A DNA stretch of 44,015 nt from a bacterium (GTDB lineage Bacteria; Myxococcota_A; Bradymonadia; UBA7976; UBA1532). How positions within the stretch are numbered: position 1 is the stretch's first letter; each line of letters opens with the position of its first letter. This document shows positions 36,373 through 44,015 of this stretch, piece by piece. Both the position numbers and the translations under genes were made by a program. The notes under the pieces were generated by a model. It searched no databases, had not been told where the DNA came from, and worked only from the letters and a program-made list of their open reading frames with translations. The stretch is from NCBI GenBank assembly GCA_030427205.1, contig JAUHXC010000011.1, positions 1 to 44,015 on the forward strand, read 5' to 3'.

Positions 36373-37940
36373 TGCTCAAGTCGCTCAACAGCCTGCCCAT
36401 CAGCTTCAAGCTGATGATCACCACGACGCTGCTCCTGCTCTTCACCGTGGGCCTCTATGGCGCGATGAACGTGCAGAACCTGGGCGCGGCCTACGACGAC
36501 TCCCGCCGCGACCAGGAGGAGCTGACCCTGCAGGCGGCGACCCAGAGCGCGCGCAACGTCACCACCCTGCTCGCGTTCTCCGCCCGCTCGTTCATCGCCG
36601 CGACCGCCTACGGCGACATCCAGAACCTGCTCGACACCCTCACCGAAGACGACCCGCGGCTGGTCTACGCCCGGGTGTACGACGGCGACACCCCGGTGGC
36701 CACCCAGGGCGACCCCGACAAGGCGCTGGCCAATACCCAGCGCTTCGCCGACGCCCGGGTCGAGACCACCAAAGGCGTCGAGGTGCTCACCCGCGACGGC
36801 GAGCTGCACATGGTGCGGGTCGAGGTGCCCTTCGAAGGCGCCGAGGGCAAGGTGGAGATCGGCCGCTCGATCGCCGAGATCAACGAGCACAACGCGCGCA
36901 TCCGCGAGGCCACCGCCAAGAGCCGCAAGGCGGCGACCATCAACGCGCTGTTCGTCGGCGGCATGATCATCCTGCTCGGGGTGGTGCTCAACATCCTGCA
37001 GGCCCTGCGCATCAGCCGGCCCATCCGCGAGCTGACCGACAGCGTCGAGCGCATCGCCCACGGCGACCTCGGCGAGCGGGCGGTGGTCGACAGCACCGAC
37101 GAGATCGGCGTGCTCGGGCGCAACTTCAACTACATGGCCGAGCGGCTCGGCATCCTCATCAAAGAGACCGAAGAGCGGGCGACCTACGAGAAGGAGATGG
37201 AGGTCGCCCGCATCATCCAGGAGTCGCTGCTGCCGCCCAACCGGCTGATCACCCGCGGCGACTTCCAGTTCGCCGGCTTCTTCAAGAGCGCGAGCATCTG
37301 CGGCGGCGACTGGTGGAACTTCGCCGAGATCAGCGACGGCCGGCTCTTGCTGCTCATCGGCGACGTGACCGGCCACGGCGTCTCGTCGGCGATGATCACC
37401 GCCGCCGCCAAGTCGTGCTGCGATACCCTGCGCCACGTCACCGAAGGCGAGCTGACGGTCACCTTCCTGCTCGAAGAGCTCAACAAGACCATCTACGAGG
37501 CCGCCAACCGCCGCTTCGTGATGACCTTCTTCGCCACCATCATCGACCCCGCCGAGCGCACGCTGACCTTCAGCAACGCCGGCCACAACTTCCCGCTGCT
37601 CTTCCGGGCCAACCCCGCCGACGGCGAGCCGGCCATCGTGCCGCTCATCACCCGCGGCAACCGGCTGGGCGACGTGATGGACAGCCGCTTCCTCGAGCGC
37701 ACCGTGCCCTACGGCAAGGACGACGTCATCGTCTGGTACACCGACGGCATCACCGAGGGCCTGGGCAAGACCGGCGACGAGTACGGCGAGAAGCGCTTCC
37801 GGCGCAGCATCCGCTCGGCCCTCGACCGCCCCGCCGACCAGATCCTCGACAAGATCCTGGGCGACGCCGAGGCCTACTTCGCCGACTTCGCGCACCCCGA
37901 GGACGACATCACCCTCGTCGTGGGCCGCTTCACCGGCTGA
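36372..37940 (+). CDS. Membrane sensor Ser/Thr phosphatase of the PP2C/SpoIIE (RsbU-like) family: TM - periplasmic domain - TM - HAMP - PP2C.
   Basis: HAMP (ISRPIRELTDSVERIAHGDLGERAVVDSTDEIGVLGRNFNYMAERL) and SpoIIE/PP2C motifs (GGDWW, GDVTGHGVSSAM, YTDGITE, DDITLVVGRF). The ORF track's upstream extension is rejected; ATG at 36372. Confidence 0.8.
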   Translation: MLKSLNSLPISFKLMITTTLLLLFTVGLYGAMNVQNLGAAYDDSRRDQEELTLQAATQSARNVTTLLAFSARSFIAATAYGDIQNLLDTLTEDDPRLVYARVYDGDTPVATQGDPDKALANTQRFADARVETTKGVEVLTRDGELHMVRVEVPFEGAEGKVEIGRSIAEINEHNARIREATAKSRKAATINALFVGGMIILLGVVLNILQALRISRPIRELTDSVERIAHGDLGERAVVDSTDEIGVLGRNFNYMAERLGILIKETEERATYEKEMEVARIIQESLLPPNRLITRGDFQFAGFFKSASICGGDWWNFAEISDGRLLLLIGDVTGHGVSSAMITAAAKSCCDTLRHVTEGELTVTFLLEELNKTIYEAANRRFVMTFFATIIDPAERTLTFSNAGHNFPLLFRANPADGEPAIVPLITRGNRLGDVMDSRFLERTVPYGKDDVIVWYTDGITEGLGKTGDEYGEKRFRRSIRSALDRPADQILDKILGDAEAYFADFAHPEDDITLVVGRFTG

Positions 37941-37956
37941 AGACGCGCAACCGGCC

Positions 37957-39120
37957 TCAACGCCCTGGCATGACCGGCACGCAGACGCCCGCTTCACAGC
38001 GTCCGCTCGCCCCACAGTCGTCGTCGACGACGCACTCGGACGGCGGCGGCATCGCGGGGCACGGCCCGTCGACGAACTCGAGCACCCAATCCCCCGCGTC
38101 GCCCCGGAAGCCGTCGACGAAGACGAAGTAGGTCACCCCCGCCGCGGCCATCACCCGCACCTGGGCCTGGAACGGGTCGCGGCCGAAGCCGTCGTCCCGG
38201 CAGACCACCTCCGACGCCGGATCGGCGCATGCGGTGCGCACGTGCAGCACGCTGTCATAGGCCGAGCCCATGGTGCTCAGGCAGACGTCGGCGTCGCGGT
38301 CCAGCTCGAAGCGCAGGGCCACCTCGGGCGCGTCGGCCCCGTCCGCGCAGCGCGCGCCGACCTCGTCCGCCGCGCCGCGGGTCGTGCCGCGATATACACC
38401 GAACGCCGGCATCGGCCGCGGATCGATACACGCCTGCGGGCCCGGATCGGGTACGCAGCGCCCATCCTCGCAGAGCTCGCCCGGCGGGCAGTCGACGTCC
38501 GCGGCGCACGCCGCCGGCTCGCAGGCGCCCGCGGCGCACACCTCGCCCACCGGGCAGCCGGCGTCGTCGAGGCAATCCGGCGCACCGCACGCCCCATCGC
38601 GGCAGATCGTACCGTCGGGGCACTCGACGTCGTCGACGCAGCCCGGCTCGACGCACGCCCCATCGCGACAGAGCGCCGCGCCGGGACACGGCGTATCGGG
38701 GCCGCACTCGGGCGGATCGACACAGCGCTGCGCCCGGCAGACGAGCGCGTCGGGGCAGTCGGCGTCCACCCGACAGCCCGAGCGCAGGCAGCGCCCGTCG
38801 CGGCAGATCGCGCCGTCGTCGCAGTCGGTGTCCATCACGCACCCGTCGGGCGGCGCACAGCGCCCGTCGCGACAGACCTCGGGGTCGACGCACGGCGGCC
38901 CGTCGCCGCACATCGGCGCGGCGCCGTCCACAACCGCGTCGACCACAGCACCGTCCACAACGGCGCCGTCCGGCTCGATGTCCGGCGCGTCCGCATCGGC
39001 CGGCGCGGCGCCCGACGCCATGTCGACCTGCGGCGGAGCGTCGTCGCCCGCTCCAGCGTCGCATCCGCTCGCCGCCAGCAGCAGCGCGATCCACAGGGTT
39101 TTCGCCCGGCCCATGCTCAC
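37957..39120 (-). CDS. Lipoprotein with ~9 myxobacterial-type Cys-rich repeats (DCPDGxxCRDGxC) and a C-terminal beta-sandwich (PPC-like) domain.
   Basis: Lipobox LLLAASGC. Regular C-x4-C-x-DG-x-C periodicity. Confidence 0.7.
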   Translation of the reverse strand: MSMGRAKTLWIALLLAASGCDAGAGDDAPPQVDMASGAAPADADAPDIEPDGAVVDGAVVDAVVDGAAPMCGDGPPCVDPEVCRDGRCAPPDGCVMDTDCDDGAICRDGRCLRSGCRVDADCPDALVCRAQRCVDPPECGPDTPCPGAALCRDGACVEPGCVDDVECPDGTICRDGACGAPDCLDDAGCPVGEVCAAGACEPAACAADVDCPPGELCEDGRCVPDPGPQACIDPRPMPAFGVYRGTTRGAADEVGARCADGADAPEVALRFELDRDADVCLSTMGSAYDSVLHVRTACADPASEVVCRDDGFGRDPFQAQVRVMAAAGVTYFVFVDGFRGDAGDWVLEFVDGPCPAMPPPSECVVDDDCGASGRCEAGVCVPVMPGR

Positions 39121-39226
39121 CTCCTCGTCTCGCTACCCGATGTCGCCACCCGCGCCAGCTGTTCACCCGGTCGGCGCGGGCGCCCACGGGCTGGCAGTGC
39201 CCGGCCGCAGGGGGTAGAGTCGCCCT

Positions 39227-41764
39227 ATGCCGACGCGCCTCCGCCCCCATCTGCGACGTGTACCGACCGCGATCGCCTCTCTGGGCCTCGGGGCGGCCCT
39301 CTGCGGGCCGATCGTGTTCGACCCGGCACCGGTATACGCCCAAGGGCGATACCAGGCCCAGGGCGCCGCCCAGCGGCACTTCCAGGACGGCGAGCAGGCC
39401 CTGGCCGAAGCCGAAGAGGCCCGCGAGGACGGCGACGACGCCGAGGCCCGCGGCCACTTCGGCGACGCGATCGACGCCTTCGAGAAGGCCATCGACGTCG
39501 ACCCGGATTACGTCGACGCCTACGCCCGCCTGGGCCGGGTGCTCTACGACCTCGACCGCCCGGCCGCCGCCATCCCGGTGCTCGAAGCGGGCCTCGCCCG
39601 CGCCGCCGACAGCGAGGAGATCAAGTTCTGGCTGGGCCAGCACCTGCTGCGGGCGGCGCAGGCCGCGAACGCCGACGAGGCCGCCCGCGGTCGGGTCTCC
39701 GAGGCGATCACGCTGCTCGAGGGCGTCGCGAGCGGCAGCGACCGGTTCCCCGAGGTGCACCTCGTCCTCGGCAATCACTACTACGACAAGGGGCGCTTCG
39801 ACCGATCGAGCGCCGCCTACGGGCGCTACCTCGAAGAGCGCCCCGACGCCATCCAGGCCCGCGCGCGGCTGGGCAACGCCCTCGTGCGCCAGGAGCGCTT
39901 CGAAGAGGCGTTGACCGCCTTCGAGCGGGTGCGCGAGGCCGACCCGGACAACGTGGCGGTGCTGGTCAACATCGGCACCGCGCACCTGCGGCTGGCCCGC
40001 TACGACGCCGCGGCGAAGACCCTCGAAGCGGCGCTGGAGCGGGACGGCGATCGGGAGAGCGCGCGCTTCGGGCTGGCCTATGCCCACTTCGCCGCCGCGC
40101 GCCACGCCGAGGCAAAGCCGCACTTCGCCCGCTTCGTCTCCAAGAGCCCCGACAGCTTCAACGGCCGCTACTTCGGCGGCTCGGCGCTGATGGCCCTCGG
40201 CGACGACGACGCCGCGCTGCCCGAGCTGACCCGGGCCGCCGAGCTGCGCCCCGACGTGGCCCAGCCGCACTACAAGATCGGCATCATCCACCTGCGCAAC
40301 GGCCGCACCGACGCCGCCCGCACGGCGCTGAAGGCCGCCGAGGCGATCAAGCCGCAGAACCCGTGGGTGCTCTCGGCGCTGGGCACCGCCGAGCGGCAGC
40401 AGGGGCGCCTGCCCGAGGCGCTGGCCCTGCACCAGCAGGCGGTCGAGCAGGCCTCGACCTTCGAGAAGGGCGCGCGCATGGCCCGGCTGCACGCGACGCT
40501 CGCCCGCACCGCCGAGGCCGCCGGCCAGCTCGATCTCGCGCGCAAGACGATCGCCGCCGCCCTCGACGGCGGCGCCGACGACCCGTGGGTCGCGCAGTCG
40601 GCGCGCGCGGTCCTGACCCGGCTCGCGCGGCGCAGCGCCGAAGCGGGCGACCTCGAGCGCGCCCGCGAGGACTGGCGCCGGGCGCTGGCCCTCGCCCCCG
40701 ACGATCCGACGCTGCGCGCCGGCCTCGCCGCGCTCGACGCGGCCGCCGGCAAGCCGCAGGACGCCCTGAAGCGGGTGCAGTCGATCGCCCAGCGTGATCT
40801 GGCCGCGGTGAAGGCCGCCACCGCGCGGGCCCGCTTCGGCGCGGGTCAATACGCCGAGGCCGCCCGGGCCTACGCCGAGGTGGACGACCCGGCCATCGCC
40901 GCCGCCGGCGCGGGCGCTGCGCTGCTCGGCGCCGCGATCGACGATCCGACGCAGATCGACGCGGCGGTCGAGCAGCTCGATCGGGCCCGCGCCCTCGCCG
41001 ACGAGGCCAAGCAGCCGGCCCCCGAGGTCCGTCGCAATCAGGCGCTGGCCCACCTGCGCAAACTCGGCGCGCGGGTCGACGGCACCGAGAGCGTGCGGCG
41101 GGCGGTGGGCAACGCCGAACATCTGCCGCCGGCGGACGCTGCGCGGGCGCACTACGCGGCGTTGGTCGTGGCCTTGCGCCGGGGCAGCGCCCGCGACGCC
41201 GAGGCCCAGCTGACCCTGATGACCCGCGCGCTGCGCGAGGCGCCCGACGGCGCCGAGGTCTTCGACCGCAAGCTGGGCCGGCGCCACGTCGACCTGCTGA
41301 CCGCCTACGTCAACGTGCTGCAGAAGAACGACGATCGGGCGCGCAAGGTGCTCGACAGCCTGCGCGAGTCGCGCCGTGGCCGCACCGAGGCCGGCCAGCT
41401 GATGCGCATCGTGCAGCACCGCCTGGGCCGGCAGGCGGTGATCAAGGGCGACATCAAGGCGGCGCGCAAGCACTTCGACGCGGCCCGGGCCCTGGGCGAG
41501 ACCGACGCGCTGCGCAACGATCTGGCCGTGCTCGACTGGCTGAGCGGGCGCCGCGGCGCGCAGCTCGACGTCTGGCGCGGGCTGGCCCGCAAGGTGCGCG
41601 CGGCGCGCTTCAACCACGCGGTGGCCCTCGAGGCCGCCGGGCGTCACGAAGAGGCCTGGCGAGCGTTCGTGCAGGCGGCGGAGGCCGGCGGTCCGCAGGC
41701 GCAGAAGGCCGCCGAGATCGCCGACGCCAAGCGCCGGGTCTTCGGCTTCGGAGGCGGCGAGTGA
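39227..41764 (+). CDS. Secreted TPR-repeat protein (845 aa) with an N-terminal signal peptide.
   Basis: Signal peptide then TPR units (AIDAFEKAIDVDPDYVDAYARLGRVLYDLDRPAAAIPVLEAGL...). The antisense ORF 38255..41647 is rejected. Confidence 0.75.
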   Translation: MPTRLRPHLRRVPTAIASLGLGAALCGPIVFDPAPVYAQGRYQAQGAAQRHFQDGEQALAEAEEAREDGDDAEARGHFGDAIDAFEKAIDVDPDYVDAYARLGRVLYDLDRPAAAIPVLEAGLARAADSEEIKFWLGQHLLRAAQAANADEAARGRVSEAITLLEGVASGSDRFPEVHLVLGNHYYDKGRFDRSSAAYGRYLEERPDAIQARARLGNALVRQERFEEALTAFERVREADPDNVAVLVNIGTAHLRLARYDAAAKTLEAALERDGDRESARFGLAYAHFAAARHAEAKPHFARFVSKSPDSFNGRYFGGSALMALGDDDAALPELTRAAELRPDVAQPHYKIGIIHLRNGRTDAARTALKAAEAIKPQNPWVLSALGTAERQQGRLPEALALHQQAVEQASTFEKGARMARLHATLARTAEAAGQLDLARKTIAAALDGGADDPWVAQSARAVLTRLARRSAEAGDLERAREDWRRALALAPDDPTLRAGLAALDAAAGKPQDALKRVQSIAQRDLAAVKAATARARFGAGQYAEAARAYAEVDDPAIAAAGAGAALLGAAIDDPTQIDAAVEQLDRARALADEAKQPAPEVRRNQALAHLRKLGARVDGTESVRRAVGNAEHLPPADAARAHYAALVVALRRGSARDAEAQLTLMTRALREAPDGAEVFDRKLGRRHVDLLTAYVNVLQKNDDRARKVLDSLRESRRGRTEAGQLMRIVQHRLGRQAVIKGDIKAARKHFDAARALGETDALRNDLAVLDWLSGRRGAQLDVWRGLARKVRAARFNHAVALEAAGRHEEAWRAFVQAAEAGGPQAQKAAEIADAKRRVFGFGGGE

Positions 41765-42717
41765 GCAGGCTGCGCCCGATGATCGCCCGGTGGCTCTGCG
41801 TCGCGTGGCTCTGCGCCGCGTGCGCGCTGGGTACGCTGTGGGCCCCGCCGGCGGCGGCGCAGACCGCCGACGACGGCCAGACCCTGGTGGTCGGGGTCTA
41901 CGCCCCGCACATGTACTTCGCCAACTCCATCGCCCGCAGCGAGTACGCCGAGCAGCTCGCCGCCGGCCTGGGCCGGGTCACCGGTCTGAGCTTCCGCGGT
42001 CGCGGCTTCAGCACCCAGGGCGAGTTCGCCAATCAGGTCGCCGCAGGCCAGCTGCACTTCGCGCTCGTCGACGCGCAGCATCAGATCGAGCGGGGCTACG
42101 AGGCCCTGGCGCAAGGCACGTTCAACGGGCGGCCGACCCTGCCGATGGTGCTGGTGGCCGGCTCGGGTTCGAGCGTGGCCGATCTGGCCGGCAAGGGCCT
42201 CGCCCGGGTCAAGCTCGGCCGCGGCGACGAGGGCTTCATCGTCAACTTCCTGCTGCAGAATCAGGTCGAGCCCGACTTCTTCGGTCAGGCCCGCACCGTG
42301 CGCGACGTGCAGGGCGCGCTCTCGCTGGTCAAGCTGGGCAAGGCCGACGGCGCGTTCGTCTACAAGGGCATCGCGCCGGGCATCTTCACCAGCCGCCCGG
42401 TGCCGCTGCCGGTCTTCGTGCGCACCGCCACCGTGCCGGCCGGCGTCGAGCAGAAGGTGCGTCAAGCGGTGCTCGGCCTGACGGTGCCCAGCCGTGTCGT
42501 GCGCGGCTTCAGCGCCTATCGGGCCGACATCCACAAGGGGCTGCGCGGCGCGCTGCGGGCCAAGCCCCGCGGCCCGGGCAACCGCCCGGTGCTCAGCCGC
42601 GGGGGTCTCGACCTGCCGCGCATCGCCGCGGCGCTCGTCGTGGGCGATACGCCGCCGCAGCTGCCGCCGGTCGCCGGCGAGCTGCCCACCACCGACCCGC
42701 CGCCCGATCTGTATTGA
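41761..42717 (+). CDS. Secreted periplasmic substrate-binding-like protein (PhnD/SsuA-type fold suspected), translationally coupled to the upstream TPR gene.
   Basis: Signal peptide WLCVAWLCAACALGTLWAPPAAAQ. GTG start overlapping the upstream TGA (GTGA). Family assignment is tentative. Confidence 0.45.
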   Translation: MSRLRPMIARWLCVAWLCAACALGTLWAPPAAAQTADDGQTLVVGVYAPHMYFANSIARSEYAEQLAAGLGRVTGLSFRGRGFSTQGEFANQVAAGQLHFALVDAQHQIERGYEALAQGTFNGRPTLPMVLVAGSGSSVADLAGKGLARVKLGRGDEGFIVNFLLQNQVEPDFFGQARTVRDVQGALSLVKLGKADGAFVYKGIAPGIFTSRPVPLPVFVRTATVPAGVEQKVRQAVLGLTVPSRVVRGFSAYRADIHKGLRGALRAKPRGPGNRPVLSRGGLDLPRIAAALVVGDTPPQLPPVAGELPTTDPPPDLY

Positions 42718-42727
42718 GGGGCTCTGC

Positions 42728-43696
42728 TTGAGCGCACATACCCCCCGCATCCTGCTCTTCGGCGAAGAGCTGCGCCTGCGCGCCACCCGCCGGGTCGCGG
42801 TCTGCTTCGGCGGGCAGGTGACGCTCGAAGAAGACCCCGGCCGCGTCGTGGCGCGGGCGGCGGGCTTCGACCCGCACATCGTCGTCTTCGACCTCGACCA
42901 CGCCGGCCCCGCGGCGCTGAGCCTGGCGCAGCAGGTCGCCGACGCGTCGCCCGGCGGCCAGATGGTCATCGTCTGCCACCCGTCGCCGCCCGATCAGATC
43001 GAGGCGCTGCTCGGCAAGCCGTGGTTCGGGCATCTGCTCGGGCTCGAGAGCCCGTGGTTCATGGAGGAGATGGGGGCCACCCTCGCCCGGCTCAGCGGCG
43101 AGGCCCTCTTCGGGCTACATCGCCACCTGCCGTGGGGATCGCGGGTGCTGTCGACCACGGTGACCTCGAGCGCGCAGAAGGCGGCGCTCTTCGATCGGAT
43201 CGAGTCGTACATGGCCGACATCGGCGTGCGCGGGCGGCTGGTGCGGCGGCTGCACGACGTGGCCGACGAGATGCTGATGAACGCGGTCTACGACGCGCCG
43301 ACCGATCGGGCGACCGGCGAGCACATCTACGCCGCCCTGCCGCGCACGACCCGGGTCGACCTGCCGCCGGGCAGCCGCCCGGTCTTCAGCTACGGCAGCG
43401 ACGGCAAGGTCTTCGCGCTGAGCATCAGCGATCCGTTCGGCGGGCTGACCCCCGACATCCTCAAGCGCTACATCGCCAAGGGCTTGCGTCGAGGCAACGA
43501 CCAGATCGACGACAAGGCGGGCGGGGCCGGGCTGGGGCTGTACTTCCTCTTCCAGAGCCTCAACAGCCTGACGCTGTACCTCGAGCCGGGCGCGCGCACC
43601 GAGATGGTGGGGCTCGTCGACATCCGGGGCAGCTTCCGCGACGTCTTGCAGAGCCCGAAGGCGCTCAACATCTACGTGCGCCCGGCCGGCGCGTGA
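42728..43696 (+). CDS. Receiver-like (REC-like) N-terminal domain fused to a GHKL/HATPase_c ATPase of the RsbW/SpoIIAB anti-sigma Ser kinase type; no HisKA domain.
   Basis: TTG start with a GAGGGG RBS 7 nt upstream. N-box EMLMNAVYDA, G1 SDPFGG and G2 GGAGLGLYFLF are present. The N-terminus has a CheY-like strand/helix pattern (RILLFGEE...VVFDLD) but the phospho-acceptor is unverified. Confidence 0.5.
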   Translation: MSAHTPRILLFGEELRLRATRRVAVCFGGQVTLEEDPGRVVARAAGFDPHIVVFDLDHAGPAALSLAQQVADASPGGQMVIVCHPSPPDQIEALLGKPWFGHLLGLESPWFMEEMGATLARLSGEALFGLHRHLPWGSRVLSTTVTSSAQKAALFDRIESYMADIGVRGRLVRRLHDVADEMLMNAVYDAPTDRATGEHIYAALPRTTRVDLPPGSRPVFSYGSDGKVFALSISDPFGGLTPDILKRYIAKGLRRGNDQIDDKAGGAGLGLYFLFQSLNSLTLYLEPGARTEMVGLVDIRGSFRDVLQSPKALNIYVRPAGA

Positions 43697-43706
43697 GGGA
43701 GATCCG

Positions 43707-44015
43707 ATGAGCCAGGTGGTGGTGGTCGATCGCATCGAAGGCGAGACCGCGGTGCTCTCGCCGGTGGCCGGCGGGCCGCCGTTCGACTGTCCGCTGGCGT
43801 GGCTGCCCGAGACGCTGGCCGAGGGCGCGACCCTGCGCCTCGCGCGGGTCCCCGAGGCGGGCATCGCCCGGCTCAAGAAGGTCGACGAAGCCGGGGTGGT
43901 CATCGCCCTGCCCGACGGCAGCACCCTCGGCCTGCGCCCCGAGCTGCTGCCGCCCGGCTTGTCGGAGGGCGAGGCGCTGGCCTTCGTCGAGGCCCCCGAC
44001 GTCGAGAACCAGCGC
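43707..44015 (+). CDS. DUF3006-like small protein, partial (3' end truncated by the window).
   Basis: GAGGGAG RBS 6 nt upstream of the ATG. N-terminal VVVDRIEGETAVL pattern typical of DUF3006. Confidence 0.4.
   Translation, partial: MSQVVVVDRIEGETAVLSPVAGGPPFDCPLAWLPETLAEGATLRLARVPEAGIARLKKVDEAGVVIALPDGSTLGLRPELLPPGLSEGEALAFVEAPDVENQR

Noticed and set aside
38255-41647. 1130-aa minus-strand ORF and overlapping 38242..40797 / 38229..39914 plus ORFs
   Set aside because: They overlap the well-supported TPR protein and Cys-rich lipoprotein genes in other frames or strands. The translations are Arg/Gly/Pro homopolymer-like.

Overview
This is a high-GC (about 70%), gene-dense bacterial window whose domain repertoire looks myxobacterial: lamin-tail-domain giant lipoprotein, Myxo-type Cys-rich repeats, many TPR proteins, Ser/Thr kinases and pseudokinases. 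The contig opens with eleven tandem copies of an 85-bp palindrome-rich repeat. A co-oriented minus-strand block follows (15322 down to 973). It encodes a beta-propeller lipoprotein, a membrane pseudokinase, a 2377-aa multi-module LTD surface lipoprotein, and a translationally coupled MotA/ExbB-like channel plus a MotB/ExbD-like single-TM protein. In that MotB/ExbD-like protein the usual peptidoglycan-binding domain is replaced by a coiled coil and a vWA domain. The block ends in a DUF4157 (zincin-like HExxH) protein with a C-terminal PPPDE-like cysteine-peptidase signature. I consider this stator-like pair with vWA output plus a dual-peptidase effector-like protein the best candidate for an undescribed proton-motive-force-driven system (Zorya-like in logic). 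The remainder holds housekeeping and regulatory genes (S10 carboxypeptidase, acyl-CoA synthetase, XRE regulator, CysZ/EI24-like membrane protein, nitrilase with divergent LysR, a Ser/Thr kinase fused to an SBP_bac_5 periplasmic domain). A 2240-aa TPR protein is preceded by a 540-bp non-coding region carrying a perfect 14-bp hairpin and 21-bp-phased direct repeats. A compact partner-switching-like operon follows (membrane-anchored zinc-ribbon STAS protein, PAS protein, HAMP-PP2C phosphatase), with an RsbW-like GHKL ATPase carrying an N-terminal receiver-like domain further downstream. Several very long ORFs on the opposite strand of real genes are high-GC antisense artefacts and were rejected. 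All calls rest on motif recognition by eye; no database search was possible.
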